From Alphaproteobacteria bacterium (GTDB lineage: Bacteria > Pseudomonadota > Alphaproteobacteria > JAAXGF01): 64,000 nt of DNA. Shown in pieces: positions 48,721-60,704 of this stretch. The DNA lies in the NCBI GenBank assembly GCA_963555825.3, contig CAUVXB020000001.1, forward strand, positions 96,001 through 160,000, given 5' to 3'. A program made the position numbers and the translations under genes. Every line of letters starts with the position of its first letter. Positions within the stretch are counted from its first letter, which is position 1. The notes beneath the pieces were generated by a model. It did no database searches, was not told where the DNA came from, and saw nothing but the letters and a program-made list of their open reading frames with translations.

Positions 48721-51480
48721 ATGAGACGCGTGCTGATTGCCGCCGCGCTGACCCTCAGTATCGCCGGAACCGCGGCGGCTAGTGCTAATTCCGATCTTGC
48801 GGCGTCGAAGGGTCAAGCCGCACCCGACGTCGACGCGCAGGTTCTTTGGCTCGCGCAAGCGGACGGGCCGACGATCAAGGTGCCGGAGCGTATCGACACC
48901 GATCAGGACACGGTTGACTTCATCGGAAAAGTCGACGGTGTTGGCGAAGTGACGCTGACGGCCAACGGCATCCCCATCCCCCTGGCGGCGGATGGCGAAT
49001 TCCGAATCCGGCAACAGGTGCCGGTGGGGCGCAGCCGGCTGCTCCTGGTCGCCGAGGATTCGCGCGGTGGGCGGGTCGAGTAAAAGATATTCGTCCGGCG
49101 CTCCGCCGCCGCGGCCCTGACCGTCGACTTCGGCAGCTATTACGCGCTTGTCATCGGCAATAATGACTATCGGTACCTTACGGACCTGAACACCGCGGTC
49201 GTCGACGCACACGCCGTGGCGGCGTTGCTCGACGAGCACTATGGCTTTTCGGTCGAGACGTTGATCAACGCGACCCGCTACGACGTCCTCTCCGCGCTGA
49301 CGAAAATGCGCGCCACGCTCATGGAAAGCGACAATCTCCTGATTTATTACGCCGGCCACGGCAACCTCGACGTCGACTCGGACGAGGGCTACTGGCTGCC
49401 GGTCGATGCCGAGCCCGACAACCCGGTCAACTGGATCTCGAACACCACGATCACCTCGCAGCTCAGGGCGATCAGCGCGAAGCACGTGCTCGTGGTCGCC
49501 GACTCGTGCTACTCAGGCAAGCTTACGCGGAGCGTCGCGGCGAGCCTGCGGACCGGCGTGGAACGCACCGCATGGCTCGCGCGGATGACGGTGCGCCGCT
49601 CGCGCACGGCGCTCACATCGGGCGGCCTCGAACCGGTACTAGACGCCGGCAGCGACGGCCATTCGGTGTTCGCGCGCGTGTTCCTTGACGTCCTCGCGAC
49701 CAACGACGAGGTGCTCGACGGCCAATCGCTGTTCGATGCCATCAAGCGGCCCGTCGTCCTCAACGCCGACCAGACGCCGGAGTACGCCGACGTACGCAAA
49801 GCGGGGCATGATGGGGGCGATTTCCTGTTCGTGCCCGTCAACCTGGCGCCACTCATTACCGCGCCACCGACCACGATCATGGCGCAGCCGGACGCCGCGC
49901 CGTCGACAATGCCCGTCCCGGATAGCGGGGCGAGCGAGCGCTTGTTCTGGGAGTCGATCAAGGACAGCGATGACCCGGAGATGTTCGAGGCCTACTTGCA
50001 GGAGTTCCCGAACGGTAAGTTTACGTCACTGGCGCGACTGAAGCGGAACAAGCTGGAAAAGGCGGCGAAGGAGGAGACGCAGACCGCGTTGGTAGTGCCG
50101 CCGCCCGAGCCCGAGACCGAGCCCGGCGTCATCGAGATGGACGCCACCTTCGTCGCGCTCAAGACCTCAAACCTGCGCGACGAGCCGACCGCCCGGTCCG
50201 AGCGCGTCGGCCGGCTGAAGCGCGATTCGCCGGTCGCCGTTACCGGCAAGGTGAAGGACGAGAACTGGTACCGTATCGAGTACGAGGGTCGTACGGCGTA
50301 TGTCTACGGCACGCTGATCGCCGAGGTCGATCCCGCCGCCCTCGACGCCTGGGGCGGGGTCGTCGACACCTCGGACGCCGACGAGATCATCGATTTCCTC
50401 GACGAGTATCCCGACAGCATATTCACCGATCGGGCCGAAACGAAGCTCGCCGCCCTGACCACCGAGAGCGGCGGCGCAACCGGATCCGAAACGCAAACGC
50501 CCGTTGTCGCCACCCCCTCCACGGGCGCGAACGCCGCCGAGATGGCGTTTTGGGACTCGATCAAGGACAGCGACGAACCGGCCGACTACCGGGCTTACCT
50601 CCAAGCGTATCCCGGGGGGTGGTTCGCCGAGCTTGCGCGCGTGCGGGCGGAAAGGCCGTCGTCGACCCAGCTCGCTGCGCTGCCGTCGCAGGAGACGGAA
50701 GCGGTCACACGCCCGAAGCGGAGCGGACGGGTCATCAACGTGCAACCGATCCGCGACTTCCGCGGTCTGTCGAAGCCGATCCTTACCGATATCGTGCGCA
50801 ATGCGCTGCGGGCCGTGCCCAATGCGGTCGTGATCAGCGAGCAGCCGGGCGGTGACGACGACGTCGTGGTGTCGGGATCGGTGCTCAAGTTCGACCAGCG
50901 CCAGGAGCCCAATCCCGACTATCAGGCAGGGCAGATAGCCGCGGCGTTTTTCGGCGGATTGGCGGCGGCGGTGACCGCCAACATCCCGCCGTCGCACACT
51001 CTCATCGACGTCGAGGTCTTGATCTCGGCGCAAGACGCCGCGACGGGCGAGACGTTCTCGGAAAGCGGCTACGCCAATGTGAAGGCCGATTCGCGCTATG
51101 TGAACGCCACCCAGGCCGGCTTCGACGCCTTGCAGACGGCGGTCATCCAGGCCGCCAAGCGTGTCGTCATCCGGCTGACCGGCGGGCAGCCGCAGCAGCA
51201 GGTGACGGCCGCCGAGATTCGCGACGACGCCAATCTGAGACGCGAGATCAGACGCTTCTATAACAAGCAGAAGATCTGGAAGACCAAGGGATCGAAGAAC
51301 CGACCCACCGAGATGTCCGAGATCTACAACATCAGCCTGGCCTCAGAGTCCGGAAATCTCATCAAGCTCGATGTTCGGTATCGCTGGCAGCTGCAGGACA
51401 TGCAGGCCGGCAAGAATGCTAACGGCATCGCCACGGTCGAGAGGTCCGGTCCGTCATTCAGGGTGCTGGACTTTCAGTAG
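48721..51480 (+). pseudogene. Exported caspase-like (peptidase C14) multidomain protein with in-frame TAA at 49081-49083
   Basis: Signal peptide and Ig-like part continue in frame past the stop into YALVIGNNDY, YYAGHG, VADSCYSG; SH3-like domain and FWxSIKDS repeats follow. Confidence 0.8.
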
Positions 51481-51502
51481 CCCGCGGCTCTCCGCCGCCC
51501 CA

Positions 51503-51976
51503 CTAATATCCGGTTGTCACCTCGAGCAGGATGTTGTCGGGGTCGCGCAGGTAGACCGAGCCGCCGCCGTCGAAGCGATGCAGGTCGTGGCTGATCGCCT
51601 TCGCTTCGAGCGTCGCGACGAGCGCGTCAAGCTGATCGGCGGTCGCCTTGAGCGCGACGTGGTGCATGCTGCCGATGCCGCGCTTGGTCGGCGCCGGCCC
51701 GTGCTCGGGGAAGTCGAAGAAGGCGAGTTGGTTGCCGCCGCCCATGTCGAGGAAGATATGCGTCGAGGTCGGGTCGTCGTGGTTGGTGATGACGTTGACC
51801 AGGCGCATGCCCATGACCTCGGTGTAGAAGCGGATGGTCGTGTCCATGTCCGTGCAGATCAGCGCCAGATGGTCGACGCCGCCAGTGGCAACGGGTTGCC
51901 CTGTTGATTCCGACAGGTAGCGCGCTTTGAGCGCTTCGCGTCGCGCCAGATATTCGCTCGGCTCGGTCATTGTCAT
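51503..51976 (-). CDS. VOC/glyoxalase family protein
   Basis: GVDHLAL, RFYTEVMGM, MHHVAL, SVYLRDPDNILLE. Confidence 0.9.
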   Translation of the reverse strand: MTMTEPSEYLARREALKARYLSESTGQPVATGGVDHLALICTDMDTTIRFYTEVMGMRLVNVITNHDDPTSTHIFLDMGGGNQLAFFDFPEHGPAPTKRGIGSMHHVALKATADQLDALVATLEAKAISHDLHRFDGGGSVYLRDPDNILLEVTTGY

Positions 51977-52099
51977 GCTCCCTTGCGCCGCTCCGTCGAA
52001 CCACAAGGTGCCCGTTGCGGGCCGTCGGTTCAATAGCCGCGTGGTTGGCGCCGCGCGGTCGTGATATCCTGGACGGCGGAATAGGGTAGGGAGGATACC

Positions 52100-53020
52100 A
52101 TGGGCGAGGGCGTGGCCTTCGTCGACGGCGCCTATATCGACGCCGACGACGCCAAACTGTCGATCTTCGACCTCGGTTTCATCCGTTCCGACGTCGTCTA
52201 CGACGTGGTGTCGACGTGGAAGGGCCTGTTCTTCCGGCTCGACGACCACATCGCGCGCTTTGGGCGGAGCTGCCAGGGTATCCGCATCGAATGCCCGTAT
52301 TCGGGCGACGAGATCAAGCGCATCGTCGCCGAATGCACGCACCGCGCGGGTCTCGAGGACGCCTATGTCAAGATGTTCATAACGCGCGGCCGTTTCGCCT
52401 CGCCATCGAACCGCGACATCCGGACCTGTATCCCGACTTTCATGGCCTACGCGGTCCCCTATGTCTGGATCGCGAGGCCCGAGAAGCAGGACCGCGGCCT
52501 TCATCTGGTCATCGCCGAGCGACAGCGCATCCCCGATGAATCAGTCGACCAGCGCTACAAGAATTTTCACTGGGGCGACTTGACGGGCGGCGTCTTCGAG
52601 GCGCTCGACGCGGGCGCCGACAACGCCGTCTTGTGCACGCCGTCGGGCCTGCTCGCCGAGGGTCCGGGCTTCAACGTCTTCGTCATCAAGGATGGCTCGC
52701 TGGCGACGCCGCGCCGCAACATGCTCGAAGGCATCACGCGCCAGACCGTGTTCGACCTCGCTGCCGAGATCGGCGTGCCGGCCGAGGCCGCCGACCTGCC
52801 GCCCGGGGCGCTCCGCGAGGCCGACGAGGCGTTCATCTGCTCGACCGCGGGCGGCATCATGCCGGTCGGCCGGGTCGACGACCGCGTCTTCCGCGACGGC
52901 GGGCCGGGACCGATCAGCACGCGGCTGCGCGAACTCTACTGGCAGAAGCGCGAGGCCGGCTGGCTCGGCACCCCGATCACCGAGCTTCTGGGCGACGACG
53001 CGGTGGCGCAGACCGCGTGA
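52100..53020 (+). CDS. Fold-type IV aminotransferase, (R)-selective amine transaminase-like
   Basis: DLGFIRSDVVYDV, FFRLDDH, KNFHWGDLT, EGPGFN, LEGITR, STAGG. Confidence 0.85.
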   Translation: MGEGVAFVDGAYIDADDAKLSIFDLGFIRSDVVYDVVSTWKGLFFRLDDHIARFGRSCQGIRIECPYSGDEIKRIVAECTHRAGLEDAYVKMFITRGRFASPSNRDIRTCIPTFMAYAVPYVWIARPEKQDRGLHLVIAERQRIPDESVDQRYKNFHWGDLTGGVFEALDAGADNAVLCTPSGLLAEGPGFNVFVIKDGSLATPRRNMLEGITRQTVFDLAAEIGVPAEAADLPPGALREADEAFICSTAGGIMPVGRVDDRVFRDGGPGPISTRLRELYWQKREAGWLGTPITELLGDDAVAQTA

Positions 53021-53131
53021 GGCGGCGGCGCGGCGGCGTCGCCGGTCGCGGAAAATCATCCGATCATGCGATCCAACGCGCATTCGAAGTCGATGTTCCT
53101 GGTCGGTGTCGCGTTAATCGTGACGGTCCCT

Positions 53132-55542
53132 TTACCGAGCCATGGCGACGACCTCGATCTCGACCACCATGTCCTCGAAGGCGAGGTAGGGCAAGGGTAT
53201 GCCGGTCGAGGCCGGGCCGGGCTCGGTGAAACTTGCTGAGCGGATGCGCAGGTTTTCGTGCAGCGCATCGGCGCCGCAGCCGGCAGTATAGAAGGCGCCG
53301 ACCTTGACGACGTCGTCGAGCTCGGCGCCGAACAGGGCCAGCACCTTGGCGATGTTGTCCATCGAGGTCCTGGTCTGGGCGACCATGTCGCCCGGGTCGA
53401 TGACTGCGGCCTCGGGCGTCAGCGAGACTTGACCGCCGACATAGATCATGTTGCCGCATTTGAGGCCGTGTTTGTAGGGCAGGTGGGTCGGCCAGTCCCA
53501 GTGACCCTCGGGCCAGGCATGCTCGCGCGGCAGGCGTTCGCCGTCCTCGCCCCGCATGGCGATGATCTCCATGCGCGCCATCAGGCCCTCGGGCACGAAC
53601 CCGGGTACCGGCAGGCCGGTTGCCGCTGGGCCGGGCTCGCTGAAGAAGCCCGCCCGCACCTTCGCCGCGTCTTGCCACTCGGCCGCGGTACCACCGGCGG
53701 CGTAGTACATGCGAAAGCGGACCGCGTCGTCGTGGTCGGCGCCCAATTCGGCGAGCACCGCGCCGATGTTACGCAGCAGAAGCTCGCTCTGGCCCAGGAT
53801 GTCGCCTGGCGCGACCACGGCGCCCGAGGCGTCGCGCGCCGACTGGCCAGAGACGAAAATCATCTCGCCGCAGCGCGCGCCGTGGACGAAGGGTGCGGGC
53901 AACGGCGCCAGGCCGTCTGGGTTGGCCGTGGTGCGCGCGAGCCGTTCGCCGCCGGAGCCCCGCATGGCCGTGGCCTCGATCTCGACCAACATGCCCTGGT
54001 AGGCGAGATAGGGCAGCGATACGGCGGTGATCGCAGGCGCCGCGCCGTCCGGCAGCGCCGCACCGACGCTGGCCAGGAAGGCGTCCTCGTCGACGCTGCC
54101 GTCGTTGGCGTAGAAGGCGGTGAGCATGACCACGTCGGCGAGGTCGGCGCCGAAGCCCTCTAGTGTCCCGATTCCGAAGTTCGCATGATTTTCGCCTGCT
54201 GTTCAGCGATTTCGATTGTTCGGAGGCAGAAGCGCTGGATGGCGCCGAGGATGTCATCGGCGGATTTGGTCCATTTGAAGGGTTTGGGGTTCTGGTTTGT
54301 CGTGTCGATGTAGTCGAGGATGGTGCGCTCCAACTCCTTGGTGGAGCGATGGACGCCGCGCCTGATCTGCTTGTCGGTCAGCAGCCCGAACCAGCGCTCG
54401 ACCTGGTTCAGCCAGGAGGCGCTGGTGGGTGTGAAATGGGCCTGCCAGCGCGGCCGTTTGGCGAACCAGTCGCGGATCGCCTTGGTCTTGTGGGTCCCGT
54501 AGTTGTCCATGACGATGTGGATGTCGAGATCAGCAGGGACGTTCGCCTCGACGAGGTCGAGGAATTTGCGGAACTCTCGGGCCCGATGGCGCGGGAAACA
54601 TTTGCCGATGATCTCTCCCGTGGCGATGTCGAGGGCCGCGAAGAGAGAGGTCGTGCCGTGGCGCTTGTAGTCGTGGCTGCGCCGCTCCGCCTGCCCGGGG
54701 CGCATCGGCAAGAGGGGCTGGGAACGGTCCAGGGCCTGGATCTGGCTCTTTTCGTCGACACAGAGAACCAGGGCACGATCCGGCGGCGCCAAATACAGAC
54801 CGACGATGTCGCGGACCTTCTCCACGAAGAAGGGATCGCTCGACAGCTTGAAGGTCTCCGAGCGATGCGGCTGCAAGCCGAAGGCCCGCCAGATGCGATG
54901 AATGGTCGAGGGCGCGTGGCCGCTCGCCCGCGCCATCGAGCGAAGGCTCCAATGGGTCGCGTCCGGCGGCGTCTCTTCCAGCGTCAGCCGGACCGCTTCC
55001 GCGATGGCGTCATCGCCGATTTGACGCGGCGCGCCGGGGCGGGGTTCGTCGTACAGACCGTCGAGGCCCTCCGCCGCATAGCGGCGACGCCACTTGCCCA
55101 CGGTGTCCGCGCTCGCCTCGAGACGAACGGCGATCTCCTTGTTCTCCAACCCTTCCGCCGCCGCCAAGACGATCCGAGCCCGCCGCGCAAGCCCCTGCGA
55201 CGTCTTGCGACGACGAGACAGCGCCTCCAATTCGGCGCGCTCGTCATCGCTCAAAGAGATCGTCACCGCCACTCTCGCCATCAATCGCGCCTCCTAAAAA
55301 CAAATAGAGACATAATCATATCAATTTATCGATCAGGACACTAGCACCCGGCCCATGTATGCCATGACCTCGCCCGTCTGGGTCTCGAGATCGCCCGAAT
55401 GGCGAACGTTACCCGCCGAATCGAGATCGACCTGGCCGCCGACGAAGATCATCTCGCCACAACGCAGCCCGTGCTTGTGCGACAGGTGGATCTGCCAATC
55501 CCAGTGCCCCTCGGGCCATGAGTGCGTGCGCGCCAACGTCAT
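53132..55542 (-). pseudogene. Triple-RidA-domain protein (409 aa reconstructed) interrupted by IS630
   Basis: Excision restores [17 protein letters not shown]; three MI(F/Y)V(G/S)GQ...EI repeats. Confidence 0.85.
54163..55341 (-). mobile_element. IS630-family element; transposase 54160-55284
   Basis: TA|GTGTCC...GGACAC|TA in a CTAG target; [26 protein letters not shown]. Confidence 0.95.
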
Positions 55543-55634
55543 GTTTCGTCCTCCCGATGCTCCTGAAACACGAAAATCGTCCCGGATGGGCCGCTCGGTG
55601 TCGTCCGTTCGATCACGCTCTCGCGATAGAAGCC

Positions 55635-55796
55635 CTAGGCCGGCTTCTCCTCGGTGGTGTCGTCGGGTGACGCCACGTCGCGTGATTTACGGGCCCTGGC
55701 GCAGGCGCAGGCGGCGGTCGCGCCGATCGCGATGCCGATGACGATGCCCTTGGCGAGCGCCGCGGCGGCGACGGCGGGAAGCAGCAACAGGCGCAT
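55635..55796 (-). CDS. Putative 53-aa small membrane protein (not in ORF track)
   Basis: AGGAGG RBS; MRLLLLPAVAAAALAKGIVIGIAIGATAACACARARKSRDVASPDDTTEEKPA*. Confidence 0.6.
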   Translation of the reverse strand: MRLLLLPAVAAAALAKGIVIGIAIGATAACACARARKSRDVASPDDTTEEKPA

Positions 55797-55917
55797 GGGA
55801 TGAACCTCCTGTCGGTGTCTGGGTGTCAGCGCCGACCATCGTGGCCCCTGTAGCGTGGTCGTGGCAAGCTAGGTCTTGTCGCGGTCGACAATGGCCGCAT
55901 TCAGATAGGAGGGCACG

Positions 55918-56211
55918 ATGGCAACCTTCATCGGGTTGGTGAACTACACAGACCAAGGCATCCGTTCGGTCAAGGACGCCATCGAGCGCGCCGGCGCGGC
56001 GCGCCAGACGCTGGCCGATATGGGTGGCGAGTTCCGCGATTATTTCCTCACCATGGGGGCGCATGATTTCGTCATCATCTTCGACGCGCCGAGCGATCGG
56101 GTGGCGGCGACGTTTCTGCTCGGCCTCGGCCAGGCCGGCAACGTGCGGACGACGACGCTCAAGGCGTTCACCGAAGCCGAGTTCCACGACATCGTCGCCG
56201 ATCTGCCCTAA
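55918..56211 (+). CDS. GYD domain protein
   Basis: YTDQGIRSVKD, TMGAHD, GNVRTTTLKAF. Confidence 0.88.
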   Translation: MATFIGLVNYTDQGIRSVKDAIERAGAARQTLADMGGEFRDYFLTMGAHDFVIIFDAPSDRVAATFLLGLGQAGNVRTTTLKAFTEAEFHDIVADLP

Positions 56212-57681
56212 CAGCCCGTTGACGAATTCTTCCCTGGACGAAGTCGGCATGGTCTGATTCTCTGGTGTCCTGGCCTGAAGGGGGGTTCGCTGATGGCGAT
56301 GGGACAGCAGAAGGATCGTCAGGGGGACTTGATGGTGAGCTGGTCGGAGATGCCGCGCTCGCCAGGTCATGTATTTTACGACCGCCTGCAGTTGGTACTG
56401 ATCGAGGGCGGCTTCGACGGCTTCGCCGAGGCGGTCTGCCAGCCCTATTACGCGGCCAGGATGGGGGCGCCTTCGGTGCCACCCGGGCGCTACTTCCGTA
56501 TGCACCTGGTGGGCTACTTCGAGGGTATCGACTCTGAGCGTGGGCTGGAGTGGCGGTGCTCGGATTCCCTGTCGCTACGGGAGTTCCTGCTGTTGGAGAG
56601 GCGGGAACGGGTGCCGGACCATTCCTGGCTGTCACGGACCCGCGCGCGCCTGCCCCATGAAGTCCACACGGCGGTGTTTGACTGGGTCCTGGCGCTGATC
56701 GCCGAGGCGGGTCTGGTGAAGGGCGAGCGCATCGGGGTGGATGCCTCGACCATGGAGGCCAACGCGGCGCTGCGCAACATCGTGCGGAGGGACACGGGCG
56801 AGGGTTACCGGGGGATGCTGGAGCGCTTGGCCCAGGAGAGCGGTATCGAGACACCCACGGCTGAGGACCTGGCGCGTCTGGACCGCAAGCGCAAGGGCAA
56901 GAAGCTCTCGAACCAGGACTGGGTTTCCAGGAGCGACCCCGAGGCCAAGATCGCCAAGATGAAGGACGGCACCACGCACCTGGCCTACAAGCCCGAGCAC
57001 GCGGTGGATCTGGACACCGGCGCGGTGGTGGCGGCGGAGCTGCACCCGGCCGACGAGGGCGATACGACAACGCTTCCCAAGACCCTGGCGGCGGCCGAGG
57101 CAAACCTCGAGGCGGTGGATGTGGCGCCGACGGCCGAAGATCCGGCCGAATGTGTGACCGATAAGGGCTACCACTCACGGTTGGTCTTGAAGGCGCTCGA
57201 CGACGGCCCCTGGAAGAGCCGGATCTCCGAGCCCAAGCAGAAGGGTTTTGCGCGCTGGCACGGAGATGATGCGGCTCGCCGGGCGGTCACCAACAACCGG
57301 ACCCGGCTGTTATCGGGGGTGGCCAGGGAAGCCTTCAAGCTGCGCGCCGAGATCGTCGAGCGCTCCTTTGCCCACAACCTCGATCGCGGCGGTATGCGCC
57401 GGACCTGGCTTCGGGGCCGCGAGAACGTGCACAAGCGATACCTGCTTCACGTCGCCGGCCACAACCTATCGTTGCTGATGCGCCAACTCATCGGCGCCGG
57501 CACCCCGAAGGAGGCCGTGGCGGGCGGAATTGGCGCCTTGTTCGTGCTTGTTACGCCCGCTGGAGCCGTCCTGGTCGTTCAGATCGTCCTCATCGTCTCG
57601 GAGGATGGCGAAACCGCCTTCGCCGCGATATGCTTCGCCGTGGCGTGAAACCCGGTCAATGACGCCTTTTTCAACGGGCTG
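56212..57681 (+). mobile_element. IS5/IS1182-like element; transposase 56293-57648
   Basis: CTAA|CAGCCCGTTGA...TCAACGGGCTG|CTAA; VPDHSWLSR, VDASTMEANA, TDKGY, VERSFAH. Confidence 0.9.
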
Positions 57682-57760
57682 CTAAGCGGCCCTGGTCGGC
57701 GTCGCGCGGCGGCCTATTTTAGCTTCAAGGCCGTCTTCGGGCCGTCGACGGAGGCAGACT

Positions 57761-58120
57761 ATGCATCGATACGTCCTCGCCGCCGCGCTGGCGCTGTCAG
57801 TCGCGCGCCCGGCCGCGGCCGAGTTCGCCGACGCGATCAAGGCCTACGACCAGGGCGACTACGCGACGACCTTCGCGGTAACGCGGCCGCTCGCCGAACG
57901 TGGCGATGCGGACGCGCAGTACATGCTCGGCTTTCTCTACGAGCGCGGCGAGGGGGTCGCGCGTGATCTGACCCGCGCGTATGCCTGGTACGGCTTGGCG
58001 GCGCGCCAAAGCGACGCCTTCGCGGCGCAAGCGCTGGCGGAACTTGCGCGGCGCATGAGCGCCGCGGAAATCGCCGAGGCCGAAGCGTTCGCGCGCGCTA
58101 TCGCACCCGCCGGCGACTAG
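57761..58120 (+). CDS. Exported Sel1-repeat protein
   Basis: Signal peptide; AERGDADAQYMLGFLYERGEGV. Confidence 0.88.
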   Translation: MHRYVLAAALALSVARPAAAEFADAIKAYDQGDYATTFAVTRPLAERGDADAQYMLGFLYERGEGVARDLTRAYAWYGLAARQSDAFAAQALAELARRMSAAEIAEAEAFARAIAPAGD

Positions 58121-60606
58121 CCGGTGCCGTCGGCCGAGATCTGGCGGATACCGAAATTGCCCTTCGGCGTGATGATCGAGAGACCGGCGAAGGGATCGCG
58201 CAGCCGGCTGTCGAGCGTCTCGAGCACCAGCACGCCGTCGACCAGCACCGACATCGTGCCGTCGGTCGCGCGCCGCCATTCGAGGTCGTGAATGCGGCCG
58301 TCCTCGAGCCCGACGTCGAGGGTCTGCTTCGCGATGGTCGCCGAGCCGCGCGAGGAGACCCGCAACAACTTGATCTTTGAATTTTTGCCCGCGACGTAGA
58401 CGAGGCGGTAGCCGATCGCGCGGTCGTTGCCCTGATAGGGACCGATCGAGAGTCTTCCCGGTTTGCCCGGCTTGCGCAGCGACGCCAAATGGACCTTGAT
58501 CACGAAGGCGTTGGTGATCGGCACGCGAAGATAGATTTCGGAACTTGTCGCCGACGCGGTTTCGTTGGCTCCGTCGCCGCCCGGTTGCTTGAGGATCTCG
58601 CCGAGGATGGCGCCGAGCAACTGCTTCGCGCTGTCGTCTTTTTTCGTGGTCGCCGCTTTCTTGGGCGGTTTGAACCTTGCCTATCCGGTTTACACCCACA
58701 CCCACTAGGGCTAGAATGGGCGCAAACCGGATATAGGGGAGCGCGCCATGGATGTTCTCGACCGCGCCGATCTCCCATTCCCGCATTCGCTACCCGAGTT
58801 CCAGCGACTTTTCCCCGATGATGCGGCCTGCGCCGCCTACCTGGAGAAAGCCCGCTGGGGAGACGGCTTTGCCTGCCCGCACTGCGGCACGGCGGGAGAG
58901 CCGTTCCACTTTGAAAACCGCCCTGGCGTCCTGCGCTGCCGCAAGTGCCGCCAGAACACCGGGCTGACGGTGGGAACAGTGATGGAGCGTAGCCACACTC
59001 CGCTGAACGTCTGGTTCTGGGCCGCTTATCTGGTCGCCAGTCAGACGCCCGGCATGTCCGCCGTGCAGTTTCAGCGGCAACTTGGTCTTTCGCGCTACGA
59101 GACGGCCTTTCAAATTCTCCACAAGCTCCGCTCGGGCATGGTGCGGCCCAACCAAGACAGGATCGGTGGACAGCCCAAGAACCATGTTGAGGTGGACGAA
59201 ACCTGGGTTGGCGGGCGAACGCGTGGGGAAGGCCGTGGTGTTCACCACAAGGTTCTCGTCTCCTGTGCCATCGAGGTGCGTCATCGAAAGCCGGGCACCA
59301 AGCTCGACAACCGGAAAGACGGACGCTATGCCGGACGCGTTCGGCTCGCCGTCGTGCTCGACCGTAGCGCCGAGTCGCTCTGTGGGTTCGTCGAGAGCAC
59401 CGTCGCGCCGGGATCGCTGATCGTTACTGACGATTGGAGCGGCTATGCTGGCCTCGGTAAGCGCGGCTATGAGCACTTCGCTGTTGCCGAGTGTGGTGAT
59501 CCAGAGGTTGCCGAGCAATACCTGCCGATCATCCATCTGGTTTTCGCCAACCTGAAGACGTGGCTGATCGGTATCCACCACGGCGTTAGCCACCAGCACC
59601 TACAAGCCTACCTCAACGAGTTCACCTTCCGCTTCAACAGGCGGTTCTACCCGTTCAACGCCTTCCGCTCATTGCTCGGCATCGCGGGCGACACCTCTGC
59701 TCCAACCTATGCCGAGCTTTACTCGGGAGAGTGGCGGCACCCTACATGTAGCGGTCATGGGCGTTAACCGGATAGGCAAGGTTTGAACCAGACGTGCAGT
59801 CCAAGATCGGCCTCGACCTGGAAATTACCCGTGGCGACTCGCCACGCCGGGGCCCTGTCGAAGTCGCCGTCCCGGAAATCGTCCGAGAACAGCGCCACGG
59901 GCCACGGCCAGTCGTAGCGCTGGATCAGGTCGCGCAGCTGCGCGATGACAGAGCGGTCGGCCGCGCGTGTGCGCTCGGCTTCGTCGGTGATGCCGCGCAA
60001 TTCGTCGAGCGCGGCGGCGAGTTTGGCCGCGTCGTCGTCGGGCGCCAATTCGGCGGCGCTCGGCGCCGGCGTCGCGCCGGTCTCGGCTTCGGCCATTTCC
60101 TCGGACGGCGTGGTCAGGTCCGTGAGTGTCGCAGCGCGTTGCTCAGCGGTCTCGACCTCCTGCTTGCTCAGCAATTTCGAGACCAGATTGCGCGCCGAGG
60201 CGGCCTCGGAATGACCGTTGGTGTCGGCCACATCGTACCAGGCGTAGGCCTCGACCATGTCCTTCTCGACACCGGCGCCGTAGCGGTACAGCGTACCCAA
60301 GTTGAACTGCGCCTGGGCATTGCCCTGCTTGGCGGCCTTGGCGTACCACAACGCGGCTTCCTTGTAGTCGCGTTTGACGCCTTGGCCATTCTGGTGCATG
60401 ACGCCCATGATGACCTGAGATTCGTCATGACCCGCCTCGGCGATCGGTCCGCAGATGTTCAGTGCCGAGAGGTAATCGCCGTCGTTGTAGGCGCGCTCGC
60501 AACGGAACGCATCGTACGGATCGACCGCGGCCCGAGCGGCCGAGACGACGGCCGTCCCGACGGCGAGAACCGCGCCAAGGGCTAAGTATGTCTGTATGCG
60601 GCGCAT
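58117..60606 (-). pseudogene. Exported Sel1-repeat protein (458 aa reconstructed) interrupted by IS1595
   Basis: Excision restores LHVWFKPPKKAATTKKDDSAKQLLGAIL. Confidence 0.85.
58676..59780 (+). mobile_element. IS1595-family element; transposase 58748-59767
   Basis: CPHC/CRKC zinc ribbon, VEVDETW, TDDW, YLNEFTFRFNRR; TIR CTTGCCTATCCGGTT; 8-bp duplication GTTTGAAC. Confidence 0.95.
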
Positions 60607-60704
60607 GCCATTCTCCCTGGATGTTTCTGGTCAGCGTAGCGTCTGGGTCGTACCGTGTCACGCGCCGCGGCCGCGCCACGGGTCTGGCGGTAGGGGGAGG
60701 GACG

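Noticed and set aside
49081-49083. Programmed readthrough (Sec/Pyl) in the caspase gene
   Set aside because: The stop is TAA, not TGA or TAG, and no recoding signal is evident
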